Source of the DNA: Nitrososphaera sp.
GTDB lineage: Archaea; Thermoproteota; Nitrososphaeria; Nitrososphaerales; Nitrososphaeraceae
Direction of reading: 5' to 3'
DNA: 64,000 nucleotides
Assembly: GCA_036003785.1 (NCBI GenBank)
Contig: DASYSB010000047.1
Location: forward strand, 18,800-82,799
Part shown: piece by piece, positions 9,831-19,347 of the stretch
Layout: every line of letters starts with the position of its first letter
How positions within the stretch are numbered: the first letter of the stretch is position 1
The notes under the pieces: generated by a model
Databases searched by the model: none
The model's input: only the letters and a program-made list of their open reading frames with translations
Told to the model about the DNA's origin: nothing
Made by a program: the position numbers and the translations under genes

Positions 9831-11090
9831 CTAGAGGGCAAACTTAGCCTTTCGCACACCGGCGCGCTTTCTTTGGAGTGCAGTCATGGAAAAGACATCT
9901 TTAATCATCTGCTCGTAGGCCTTGCTCATTGTCTGGTTCCGCCTAGACATCATTTTTTTCTGTGTGTCTATGGCAGAGCGAAGCTCCAGCTCGGCATTCT
10001 TTGCCCCAATGCTGGCGCCGTAAATAGTAAAACTTGGCACATCTTCCGCGACAAGGCCGTGTAGGTGAGATGAAACACCGATCCGTCTGCCGCTGTAAAT
10101 GAGCGCGCCAATCGAAGTCTTGGCCATATCTGCGATGAATGAGCCAACCTTGTTTTGGCCCGTGTCGACTTTGGCGCTGCCGCTTCCAACCTTGATGTTT
10201 CCGTACGTCATTTTCAGGTCCGAAGTCGTAGTCATTGCCCCAATGTTGACCCACTCGCCCACATACGAGTGGCCGATAAAGCCCGCGTGTGCCTTGTTCG
10301 TGTGATCAGAAATTATCGAGTGCTCTATCTCCCCACCTACTCTGCAGTTGTAGCCAACATAACTTGATTCAATTATTGTGAATTGTTTTACCTGCGTACT
10401 ACCGCCAATGCAAACGGGCCCGACTATTCTGCTTGTCGCAACGTACGCATCTGGTCCGATGTATATGCCGCCCTTCCTTGCGTCAAGTACTGTCCCGTCC
10501 TCGACAGAGGCGTTCCTGCCAATCGCTATTGTATGATTGCCAGCAACGCGGACACCGGGTCCCACGTCGCTTTCATCTTGAATATTTGTTGTCTGCAATG
10601 CAAGCGAATTTTCAATAATGCTAATGATATCCCATGGCTCGGATAGGAGGCCTTGGCTTTCTTCTGTCTTCAGCTTTGTGGACTTCTGTGCATTCAATTT
10701 CTTGATGTCGAACTTTTTGCCTGACGCGACGCATTCAGCAAGATATTCTGTGCCCTTCCTGTCGAGCCTTGCAACAAGGAGCCTTTCGCCGGCAGTTATC
10801 ACAAAAGTATGGTCTACTTTCTCGAGCCGCTCAGGGTATATCGCTCCAGGATGGAGAAGGCCGTTGACAAACACCGTGTCGCTATCTATAGAACTGGGGT
10901 TGACCTTTGATTGGAGGTGCCGTTCGCTTGTGACGCCAGCAAGATATTCCCTTGTCAACAACACTTCAGGCGTCACTTGATGTTCTTCAAAAAAGCTCTT
11001 TGCCCCAACCTTGATGTCAAAAGTTGCCTTTGTAAACGAGATCGGAGAGAAGTTCAGCCAATGCGAGTCCTCAAACAGGGCTATGCCCAT
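9831..11090 (-). CDS. Sugar nucleotidyltransferase-like protein with left-handed beta-helix (GlmU-like)
   Basis: N-terminal FSPISFTKATFDIKVG; hexapeptide repeats; KAHAGFIGHSYVGEWVNIGA. Confidence 0.85.
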   Translation of the reverse strand: MGIALFEDSHWLNFSPISFTKATFDIKVGAKSFFEEHQVTPEVLLTREYLAGVTSERHLQSKVNPSSIDSDTVFVNGLLHPGAIYPERLEKVDHTFVITAGERLLVARLDRKGTEYLAECVASGKKFDIKKLNAQKSTKLKTEESQGLLSEPWDIISIIENSLALQTTNIQDESDVGPGVRVAGNHTIAIGRNASVEDGTVLDARKGGIYIGPDAYVATSRIVGPVCIGGSTQVKQFTIIESSYVGYNCRVGGEIEHSIISDHTNKAHAGFIGHSYVGEWVNIGAMTTTSDLKMTYGNIKVGSGSAKVDTGQNKVGSFIADMAKTSIGALIYSGRRIGVSSHLHGLVAEDVPSFTIYGASIGAKNAELELRSAIDTQKKMMSRRNQTMSKAYEQMIKDVFSMTALQRKRAGVRKAKFAL

Positions 11091-11795
11091 CTAGATCTTG
11101 CCCAGCTTGCTTGCATACTGCTTGTAGGCATCAAGATATGATTTCTTGTCGCCAATGTCAATAAAGCCCGTATCTATCTTGAAACCCTTGACTATCCTCT
11201 TTTGATCCAGCACTTTCCTCACAGTGTCGTCCATCCCAAACGAGCCTGACTTTGGTATTATCTTTAAAAAGTCTGGCTCCATTACATAGCAGCCGATGTT
11301 TATCAGTCCGCTTATCTCAGGCTTTTCACGCCAGGCAGTGACCTTGTTTTGCCCATTGACATCGATAAAGCCGTACCTTAGTTTCGTTGCATAGTGCAAA
11401 AGGGCCATCGTTACAAATGCCTTTGACTGTTTGTGTTGCGTTAACATCTTGCGTAGGTTGAACTCGTAAACAGAGTCGCCATAAACGCATACAAATGAAT
11501 CGTCAAGCAACTTCTCGGCAGTTTTTAATTGGCCCGCTGTGGCAAGGGGCCTCTCTGAACGAGCGTATTCAATCTCAACTCCATAACGCGCTCCGTCCTC
11601 AAAATAATCTTCAATTTGGCGGTGCAGGTAACTGACGCAAACGACGATCTTGTCAATTCCGCCGGAGCCTTTTAGCCACTCGATGATGTATTCGAGAAGA
11701 GGCTTGTTCGCAAGAGGCAGCATAGGCTTTGGGATAAAGAACGTGTATGGCTGCAGCCTCGTGCCTAGGCCTCCTGCCAAAATTACTGCCTTCAT
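11091..11795 (-). CDS. NDP-sugar pyrophosphorylase (mannose-1-phosphate guanylyltransferase-like)
   Basis: MKAVILAGGLGTRLQPYT..PKPMLP; LATAGQL; GD; EKP. Confidence 0.9.
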   Translation of the reverse strand: MKAVILAGGLGTRLQPYTFFIPKPMLPLANKPLLEYIIEWLKGSGGIDKIVVCVSYLHRQIEDYFEDGARYGVEIEYARSERPLATAGQLKTAEKLLDDSFVCVYGDSVYEFNLRKMLTQHKQSKAFVTMALLHYATKLRYGFIDVNGQNKVTAWREKPEISGLINIGCYVMEPDFLKIIPKSGSFGMDDTVRKVLDQKRIVKGFKIDTGFIDIGDKKSYLDAYKQYASKLGKI

Positions 11796-11934
11796 ATTTC
11801 CTGTCCTTTTTCTGGTTCTGCTCTATATAAGGTAAAACGATGAAATATCGAGAGCGACTTTACTACATGGCCGAACATAATGACATCAATAATATCTCAA
11901 CGGTTGACTGTAACCGCTTGTCTGTGTACGTGCA

Positions 11935-12640
11935 CTACTTCAAGTTTTTTATATATTCACGCGTCCAATGGAACCTTTGAATTTTCACTAGTGGAATTAC
12001 CTGCTGAAAGTCTTTTCGTTTGCCGACAATAACGTTAGCCAGCTGCCGGACGTTGTCAAATAGAATGTTTTGGTAAGTATGCTTCTTTGCTTTGTAATTC
12101 ACGGCTGCATTAAAGTTCAGGCTAATTCTCTCAATCAATTTCTTGGCAGTTGCAGGCTTGAGTCTCGAGTGGTAGTTCTCTGTCACAATAAAATCAGACT
12201 TTTTCAGTTTCTTTTCTTCAAGCATTTGTAAAACTGAAAGGTCGACTAGCCACCTAAAAAGCTCTTGGATGTCATACACAAGTGGAGTTTTGGACTGTGC
12301 AAGCTCGTGTAAAAAGCCAATTGTAGGGTCAAGTCCAATAGCATTAATGTCCTTTCTTATTTCTGATTCTAATACCGCATAGCCATAATTCAGCAATGCG
12401 TCCACTTCATCTGAAGCATTCATGTTCCAAGAGTACGACTTGCTTCCGCGCTTTGCAAGATGAAACTCTGGGCACAGCTTGTTGAATATCTTTGCAAGGA
12501 CGCTCCAATAGTAGGTAGCGATTCGGCCTTCATAGTTGAGCAGGTTTTTTTATTGACTGTGAGCAATTTTCAAAGTTAATTCTTTCGCGGATAAACACTT
12601 TCTGAACTTCTGCAATCGTTATCCCGTCATAATATCGAGC
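11935..12640 (-). pseudogene. cas1: Stand-alone Cas1 (casposase-like), 5'-truncated and frameshifted
   Basis: LLNYEGRIATYYW, NASDEVDALLNYGYAVLESE, GLDPTIGFLH, LVYDIQELFRWLVD. The frame is open to 12549. After a +1 A in an A7 run (12545-12551), RYYDGITIAEVQKVF continues in another frame to ~12637. The N-terminus is absent. Confidence 0.9.
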
Positions 12641-12801
12641 CTCCTTCGGCCCTTATGGGATTGAACATGATTGTTGAAAGCTACGGCGGAAGAAATTATT
12701 CATTTTCAGAAATTTCAAAAATGCTAACGGCAGCTGGTTTTAAGAGGATTGAGAAAAAAACGTTGGCGACACCAGCAGAATTGATTATCGAATACAAGTA
12801 G
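12637..12801 (+). pseudogene. C-terminal stump of a SAM-dependent O-methyltransferase
   Basis: Manual translation PSALMGLNMIVESYGGRNYSFSEISKMLTAAGFKRIEKKTLATPAELIIEYK* matches the typical class I O-methyltransferase C-terminus. No SAM-binding N-terminal part is present. Confidence 0.62.
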
Positions 12802-12941
12802 GTGTAAAACATATTCTGTCCAATCTTTGTGCGTTCATCCTAACTCCAATGGGAAGCAATTTATTGTTAATCAATCTTGTTAACTAACAAAGTACCATCT
12901 AACTTAATTACCATGGTTTTGCAACTAGTGAAGAAGCGGGA

Positions 12942-13100
12942 ATGCCGGCGCGATGGCGATGTATGAAATGCAAGATTGAATTCAACGGCGACGGTGCCTC
13001 AAGGCATTATTTGGCTCATCCAGCTCACAAGTTGGTAAAGCTGCCTCCAGCACCCAAAGTGATCAGCTCCTCAAGCTTCAAGGGAGGAATGGTTGCTTGA
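12942..13100 (+). CDS. 52-aa C2H2-like zinc-finger microprotein (paralog of 25496-25633)
   Basis: MPARWRCMKCKIEFNGDGASRHYLAHPAHKLVKLPPAPKVISSSSFKGGMVA; 25/45 ungapped identities to the copy at 25.5 kb. Confidence 0.78.
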   Translation: MPARWRCMKCKIEFNGDGASRHYLAHPAHKLVKLPPAPKVISSSSFKGGMVA

Positions 13101-13167
13101 CATGCTCGAATAAGTCGATTTGCAAGTTTTCTGCAGCGATGACAAAGGTAGAAACAGAAAAGAATCC

Positions 13168-14523
13168 TTAATTCTTGAGTATTGACTCGATCTTGGCTAC
13201 AACCTCATTCGGACTTCTGCCAAAGATTATTATCATTGGCTCTTTGCCAATGTCGCCTTTGTGGTAAACGACGTCTGCTCTTGGGTTCTTTCTAAGAGCC
13301 TGGAGAATTCCCCAATACACGCTCGATCCTTCCTTCTTCTTGATGCTTTTCGGCTCTTTGCTCCTGTCGTAGCTTGACACTGAAAATAATGATCTACACA
13401 ATTTCACAAGCCGGTCGTCGAACCTTATGTTAATACCCGCTCTCATACTAGGGTTAATTCGCATATGCGCAAGTATTGCTGATGCAACATGGCGCGACGC
13501 ACCAAACTCGATGTATGATGCCGGCACTGCGGTGTTACCGATCTTTACTATTCTTCCTCGTACTCCTGCGACTTGTGATATATCTTCCGCGGCAGGCAGC
13601 GCATATACAAAATTCGTTTGAGTTTCAGGTATCAAACGGTAAAAGCCTTCAAGCGTGCTGACATGTTTGACAGCCTGCTGTAATTCTGCCAATACTTGAT
13701 AACGATTGGCATCGCGATAAATGGCAGAAAGTGGATTTGTAACAGGCAAACCTCTACCCACGTTGACAGCATTTTTGATAGCAACATGGACATACTCGTT
13801 GGCCATTTTGCACGCGTCGCCCACTGATATGCCTCTGGCAAGGTATGCGGTGACAGCAGAGGAAAAGTTGCAACCAGAACCATGGCTTTCTTTTATCCTT
13901 ATCCTTGGGTTTGTTAATTTAGTTACCCTGCCTTTGCTGTCAAGCAACAGGTCACTAACGTTCAGAGCCCCGAAGTGGCCACCTTTTACAATGACATTTT
14001 CCGCTCCAAGTCCTCTTATCTTCCTGGCTGCCTCGATACCATCATGTTCGGTCCTGATTTTTATTCCTGCAAGTTTTTCGGCTTCAAACCTGTTGGGGGT
14101 TATCAGCGTGCTCATTGGTAACAATTTTGAAATAAAGGAATCAAACGCGCTGTCGAGAAGCAATTTTGCGCCTGTACCTGCCGCAAGGATAGGGTCAAGC
14201 ACGATTGGAACTCTTGATTTCTTTAGAGATCGATGCACCGCGTCTATTATCTGTCTACTATAGACCATTCCTATCTTAATGGCATTAGGCCGCATGTCTG
14301 TCATGACGGAGAGGATCTGCTGTTCTATAATAGCTGGAGAGACTTCGAATATCTCGGCCACGGTTTTTGTATTCTGCGCGGTTATCGCTGTTATAGCGGT
14401 GCACCCATACACGTCAAGTGCAGAAAACGTCTTGAGATCAGCTTGTATGCCTGCCCCAGCTCCAGAGTCACTGCCTGCTACTGTTAACGCAATCTTCAAG
14501 CAGAGTGATAAAATGTGAAACAC
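13168..14523 (-). CDS. thiD: Bifunctional HMP/HMP-P kinase-thiamine phosphate synthase ThiDN
   Basis: LTVAGSDSGAGAGIQADLKTF, TPNRFEA, HGSGC; C-terminal ThiN domain LIPETQTNFVYA...FGASRHVA...GKEPMI. Confidence 0.95.
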   Translation of the reverse strand: MFHILSLCLKIALTVAGSDSGAGAGIQADLKTFSALDVYGCTAITAITAQNTKTVAEIFEVSPAIIEQQILSVMTDMRPNAIKIGMVYSRQIIDAVHRSLKKSRVPIVLDPILAAGTGAKLLLDSAFDSFISKLLPMSTLITPNRFEAEKLAGIKIRTEHDGIEAARKIRGLGAENVIVKGGHFGALNVSDLLLDSKGRVTKLTNPRIRIKESHGSGCNFSSAVTAYLARGISVGDACKMANEYVHVAIKNAVNVGRGLPVTNPLSAIYRDANRYQVLAELQQAVKHVSTLEGFYRLIPETQTNFVYALPAAEDISQVAGVRGRIVKIGNTAVPASYIEFGASRHVASAILAHMRINPSMRAGINIRFDDRLVKLCRSLFSVSSYDRSKEPKSIKKKEGSSVYWGILQALRKNPRADVVYHKGDIGKEPMIIIFGRSPNEVVAKIESILKN

Positions 14524-14613
14524 TTATTCAACCTAGCGACGATTATGTCCCGGCAGACATTTCACTTGAAGTCCACCACATTGGATTTATAGCTCTTAGT
14601 TGAATTCACAGTA

Positions 14614-14883
14614 ATGCCGATCGATATTGATGAGTTCAAAGGTGGCAAGTCGTCAGACTCATTAATACAAGTAGTAAAGGAATTTCTTCAAAGCCACCGC
14701 GACAAAGCATATCTTGCAACCGAACTATTCGAAGTGATGAAAGGTCGCAAATTAGTATCGCCCGCTGACTTGTTTGAAATCCAGAATGTGCTACACATCT
14801 TAAGCCGGGAACGGACCATCGTTAGCAAGCATGTCGAGACCAAGGAAGGCTTTCAAGCATTCTATAGCTTTAACGAAGGCTGA
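14614..14883 (+). CDS. Small winged-helix-like protein (paralog of 58122-58385)
   Basis: MPIDIDEF...FLQSHRDKAYLATEL; shares its N-terminal pattern with the 58122 ORF. Confidence 0.7.
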   Translation: MPIDIDEFKGGKSSDSLIQVVKEFLQSHRDKAYLATELFEVMKGRKLVSPADLFEIQNVLHILSRERTIVSKHVETKEGFQAFYSFNEG

Positions 14884-14982
14884 GCTTATAATACGCCACC
14901 TGCTTCAAGGCGGCGAATCAAGCTTGACATCTTTTACAGGAAGATAATCAGATAATCTTCTTTAGACTTGTTGGCCTCTATA

Positions 14983-15111
14983 ATGGAGATGAGCAAGAAA
15001 GAACATGATAAGATAACGGGAATGAATCGTAGGAGCAAAGATCAAAAAGAAGAGGATGAAAATCCAACTAACATTGGTCCAGGAGTGACAGAGGAATTTG
15101 AAGACGCCTAA
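14983..15111 (+). CDS. 42-aa charged microprotein
   Basis: Manual translation: MEMSKKEHDKITGMNRRSKDQKEEDENPTNIGPGVTEEFEDA. Confidence 0.4.
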   Translation: MEMSKKEHDKITGMNRRSKDQKEEDENPTNIGPGVTEEFEDA

Positions 15112-15166
15112 TTCGGCTATACTTATCGGACTCCGCGGGCTACAAAAACCAATTTTATCCGCTAAT

Positions 15167-15316
15167 TCAGTCAAAAGGTACTTCGTACATCTTTTTTCTA
15201 TGGCCATACATCTCTTGATGGTCTTCTACGTCTGACATAAACAGAAAGACCGTCTTACATTCCATACAGCAATAGATGGTATCAAGTCGTTCAGCCGCAA
15301 TTGCTTTTTGTTCCAT
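15167..15316 (-). CDS. 49-aa C2H2 zinc-finger microprotein
   Basis: Manual translation: MEQKAIAAERLDTIYCCMECKTVFLFMSDVEDHQEMYGHRKKMYEVPFD (CxxC-x12-H-x5-H with F at the canonical position). Confidence 0.72.
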   Translation of the reverse strand: MEQKAIAAERLDTIYCCMECKTVFLFMSDVEDHQEMYGHRKKMYEVPFD

Positions 15317-15405
15317 AGTCTTCGTGCTAGGATTTGTTATATATCAAGAGCTTGGTGGAAGAAGCTAGAAGATTTTTCTGTATTAACACGACATTCTTTC
15401 GCCAA

Positions 15406-17280
15406 CTAGCCCTTTTCTGATTCTGTTGCATTCTCCAAATCCTTTACGGCATATGTTGATAATGGCAGCGTAAAGGAAAATGTCGCACCTTTACCGTCCC
15501 TATTGTTTTCAGCCCATATACTTCCTCCATGGGCTTCCACAACATTTTTGGCAACATAAAGCCCAAGTCCAGTCCCTCTATCGGACTTGGTGGCAAATTT
15601 AGTAAACAGTTTCGGGTAAATGTCGGGGGCTATTCCATGCCCCGAGTCTCTGACGTGAACTACAGCCTGACCGTCCTTTTCTTCCAATTCCACTGCGACT
15701 TCGCCTTCATCAGTGAACTTTATAGCGTTGCTGAGAAGATTCGAGATAACCTGAAAAATTCTTTCTCTATCTCCGTCAATCATTACAGCCTTGTTGCTCT
15801 TTGGCTTAAACGTCAGCTGCACGCGTTTTTCTTCTGGAATGACACTGCGCATATCATCCAAGATAACTTTGATCTTTTTGGCTAGATCGATTGGTTCCTT
15901 GCTGAGCTGCAGCGTGTTGCTTTCAATTCTCGAAACTTCCAGGATGTCGGATGAGAGGTTCAGAAGGCGTTTGGCGTTCCTCGTGATCATTTCTATTTCA
16001 GCCTTCCGGACGACTATGTCATCTTTTCCTTATGTCTTGAGTTGTTCCTCCAATGCTTCTGCTATGCCAATAAGCGGCTGAATAGGAGTGCGAAGCTCAT
16101 GAGCTGCTATATTGATGAATTCGCGCTGCGCTCTGTCATGACTCTTTAGTCGTTCGTTTGCGACTTCAAGCTTTGCAGTTCTTTCCTTGACTGTACGTTC
16201 AAGCTTCGAATTCCATCTTGCGACCGTCAAAGCAATACCTACGGCAACCCCACCGATGACCACAGGCACAATAGTGCTCAGGTTTCTTTGCTGCTCTATC
16301 AATAGAGCAATATCGGTTGCAAACGCCTTGGGTAGGCTGAGGTGGAGGCTCATTGCATGTTGGACGCTACCGGTTCCCTGGTCGAACGTGACGGGATTAT
16401 AGGCAATAATAAGAGGGGTTCCTGAGGATGAGTATTCTCCTGTGCCGGAATTTCCAGCAATCGAATCCCGCATAATGCCATTGAATGAATCTTGTTCTTC
16501 ACGGGGAAGATAGGTTGAAAACAGAAGATTTTGTACGTCTTCGTTGAAATAATTCTTTCCCAACAGCGCGTCATTTTGAGTATAGAGGATTGTGCCATCC
16601 CTGTCCATTAGACTCACTGCACTCTGCGTGTCGGGTGGAAGCTGCTCCGTGATAGAATCGCCAAGAGACTTTAGATTCATTGATGCAACTACCACTCCTT
16701 TGAATAAACCACTGCTATCCTGAATGGTCGTTATTATGGGGTAGGCAATGTAAATCCTCGGAACGCCATCTACCGAATCGCGAAGGGGGCTGAAGTATGG
16801 CTTATGACTATCTTTCGGATCTGTAAAATATGGTCTATCAGTTCTATCAGCGCCATAATATTGGTCGTAGACTTTTTGATCTTCAAACGCTCCTGCCCAC
16901 TGCAGCTTGCCGTTCTCATCGATCCAAAAATAGCTGTCTGTAAAACCATCGGTAGACTTTTCCGCCGCATCGATAAGTGGTCGGGCCTGCACGTACTCTC
17001 CGCGCTGTACTAATGGAGCATTTGCTATTATTTCCAAATTGCTTTTGATTGATTCAAGTCTATTTTCTAGGGATTTAGACAAATCATATGCCTGTATCCT
17101 AGCATTATTTTTCAGGTCGTCAGTAGCTGCTAATGCAATCTTTTCGGATGTTAGAATCGAGTATTGGTATGATAATAGAGAAAGTCCGATCGCTACGGCT
17201 CCAATAATTATTAACGGGATCGCGGTACGAAAAGTTGGGCTACGCGATGTCTTGAATGGAACTCGCTGCGAGTCTGACAA
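15406..17280 (-). pseudogene. Cache-domain sensor histidine kinase interrupted by one in-frame TAA
   Basis: TM-Cache-TM-HisKA (FINIAAHELRTPIQP), then TAA at 16030-16032, then 13 in-frame codons (GKDDIVVRKAEIE) joining the HATPase_c ORF (QVISNLLSNAIKFT, DSGHGI, GTGLGL). Confidence 0.9.
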
Positions 17281-17416
17281 TTTCTGATTGCTCTAGTTCA
17301 TTCCTCTTTAATAAATAGACCTGCTAAGGTTTTCCATCAGATGAAACTGCCATCTCAGAATTCAAAAAACAAAAAGACCCAATCATTAGAGAATTTGAAA
17401 GACCTGATCATTTGTG

Positions 17417-17557
17417 TTAGAGAACATAGTTGCAGAGACACACGCGCTTGCCGCAGCATACACACTTTTGGTTTCCAGAAACAAACTCACAATTCTTGTT
17501 ATGTGTTTCACAGAACACCGACCTTCCAGGTTCGATTTCTTTTGCTACCGTCTGCAT
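17417..17557 (-). CDS. 46-aa Cys-rich microprotein
   Basis: Manual translation: MQTVAKEIEPGRSVFCETHNKNCEFVSGNQKCVCCGKRVCLCNYVL (7 Cys plus His). Confidence 0.55.
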   Translation of the reverse strand: MQTVAKEIEPGRSVFCETHNKNCEFVSGNQKCVCCGKRVCLCNYVL

Positions 17558-17692
17558 GTATGCTTCTAATCAATCGTTTGGTTAATCTAAAGGGCAAGCT
17601 AATTTAGACACGCAAGCTAGCTAACTTTGTGCACCCATGCCTCAGTATTTCTTCGTTATTTGAGAAAATGCATAGATTATTAACATGAGATC

Positions 17693-17707
17693 CTCTAATC
17701 ATTAGAG
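17693..17707. promoter_or_regulatory. Palindromic operator candidate upstream of NCS1 permease
   Basis: CTCTAAT-C-ATTAGAG perfect 7-bp arms between a TTATTAA TATA-like box and the TTG start. Confidence 0.4.
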
Positions 17708-17708
17708 T

Positions 17709-19013
17709 TTGGCATTATTCAAAACGCCAGATTGGGGCGTCAAGCCGGTTCAAGACAAACACAAGATGCTTGGCGGCCTGGACTACTTCATCCTGTGGTC
17801 AAGCCTTGGCGTGGGATTGCTCGTCTTCTCTGCCGGATCGTTTCTCTCTGCCGCTAGTTTTTTTGACGCCATGCTTGCGATCGTTGTGGGGTCTATTGCC
17901 GGCTCGATCCTTCTTGCGCTTGCTGGCAAGATAGGGAGCAACCATGGCATACCCTCACTTATATCGATGAGGCCATCGTTTGGCATCAGAGGCTCGTACC
18001 TCCCCGCGACACTGAATGTCATGCAACTAGTTGGCTGGACGACATTTGAGATCATGATAATGGCAAGGGCCGCCGAAATGCTCGCTGGAAATGTAATGCC
18101 TTACTATTTCTGGGCCGCAATATTTGGCGTGCTTGTCGCGCTGCTCGGCATCACCGGGCCACTCAATGTGGCAAGGCAATGGCTTGGCAAGTTTGCAGTG
18201 TGGATAGCATATGGCACCTCTGCAATAATCATCATAACTCTAATCAACTCCACAGATATGGCAGGGCTCGTCTCGTCGCCGGGACAGGGCATGTCGTTCT
18301 TTTCTGCCCTCGACCTTGTCATAGCAATGCCAGTATCGTGGATGCCGCTTGTAGCCGACTACAACAGATTTGCAAAGAAGAGCAAGAGCGCAATGTGGGG
18401 AACTTTGATTGGATTTGCGATGACAAATATGCTCTTCTACTTTGGAGGCGTGCTGATTGGAACGTCAGACATCATTGGCATAGTTGTGGCGATACAGGCA
18501 ATGTTCTTTGGATTCTTGATGCTTCTCCTTATAGTGGACGAGGCCGACAACGCGTTTGCAGACGTCTATTCCGCAGCCCTATCAACTCAGGACATTTTTT
18601 CGAAAATAAACCAAAAGTACCTCATAATCGGATTCACCGCACTCAGCGCGGTACTTGCCATGGTAGTTTCTATCCAAGACTACGAAGTGTTTCTGCTCCT
18701 TATAGGGGCAATTTTTGTGCCGCTCTTTGGTGTTGTGCTCACAGACTATTACATAGTAAGGAAACAAAAATACACAGAGCAGATGCTTTACGCGCGGCAG
18801 AACAAGCTGGGCATCGGCGCGGCTGCAATGGTTGCATGGGCTACTGGAGCCTTGATAAATTATCTGCTATCGCCTCTGTCGCCTATCTACATGGAACAGC
18901 TGCCGGCAATTGGCGCTACAATCCCGAGCCTAGCCGCCGCTTCGCTCATATACCTTGCAATGGTACGTCTGCGTCCACAGAAAAATAAGCCGCTAGCTCA
19001 GAAACTTGACTAA
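17709..19013 (+). CDS. cytX: NCS1-family nucleobase/thiamine-precursor permease (CodB/CytX-like)
   Basis: ~12 TM; SMRPSFGIRGS, QLVGWTTFE, SWMPLVADYNRF, DEADNAFADVYS. Confidence 0.85.
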   Translation: MALFKTPDWGVKPVQDKHKMLGGLDYFILWSSLGVGLLVFSAGSFLSAASFFDAMLAIVVGSIAGSILLALAGKIGSNHGIPSLISMRPSFGIRGSYLPATLNVMQLVGWTTFEIMIMARAAEMLAGNVMPYYFWAAIFGVLVALLGITGPLNVARQWLGKFAVWIAYGTSAIIIITLINSTDMAGLVSSPGQGMSFFSALDLVIAMPVSWMPLVADYNRFAKKSKSAMWGTLIGFAMTNMLFYFGGVLIGTSDIIGIVVAIQAMFFGFLMLLLIVDEADNAFADVYSAALSTQDIFSKINQKYLIIGFTALSAVLAMVVSIQDYEVFLLLIGAIFVPLFGVVLTDYYIVRKQKYTEQMLYARQNKLGIGAAAMVAWATGALINYLLSPLSPIYMEQLPAIGATIPSLAAASLIYLAMVRLRPQKNKPLAQKLD

Positions 19014-19172
19014 ATGGCAGAGCGTCAATTTGACGACTCCTATTATGTGCTTCGCAAGAAGTTTAGCAGCAACGCCAACAGTATCATTATGATTTATCAA
19101 AACTTGGGCAGGCAGAATAGGAAAAAGATTGCGCCTATACTGGCCATCGCAGCGGCCTTGATGCGAAGGTAG
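19014..19172 (+). CDS. Possible 52-aa protein
   Basis: ATG directly follows the permease TAA: MAERQFDDSYYVLRKKFSS...IAAALMRR. No motif. Confidence 0.3.
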   Translation: MAERQFDDSYYVLRKKFSSNANSIIMIYQNLGRQNRKKIAPILAIAAALMRR

Positions 19173-19347
19173 AGGACAAACCGCGACATTCCTATCCTTC
19201 CGAGTGCTCCGGAGAATATACGTAAGAGTCTGTATCCTATCATTACAGACAAAAAGTCAAGGAGTCCTGTACTGGCCGGCCTGAGCACACTTCAAACCAA
19301 CGACATCACAATTAACAAATACGAGTTTCCGTTGCCATATCTTGACA

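Noticed and set aside
11800-13165. CRISPR array or cas operon around cas1
   Set aside because: No regularly spaced direct repeats and no cas2, cas4 or effector ORFs were seen here or elsewhere in the window.
14524-14600. TPP riboswitch upstream of thiD (also checked upstream of the NCS1 permease)
   Set aside because: Only a small ATGTC/GACAT hairpin is present; the conserved CUGAGA and ACCUGAU motifs are absent.
14962-15207. 81-aa minus-strand ORF in the track
   Set aside because: No motif; the overlapping C2H2 ORF (15167-15316) and the plus-strand 42-aa ORF explain the region better.
16030-16032. Recoding (Pyl/Sec) of the kinase's internal stop
   Set aside because: The codon is TAA, which is not used for pyrrolysine (TAG) or selenocysteine (TGA).
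17341-17607. 88-aa plus-strand ORF in the track
   Set aside because: No motif; it overlaps the more convincing Cys-rich minus-strand microprotein.
18179-18988. 269-aa alternative-frame ORF within the permease, and many antisense ORFs (for example 56474-56959, 57470-57922, 42394-42891)
   Set aside because: Shadow ORFs of well-supported genes with biased codon patterns and no independent motifs.
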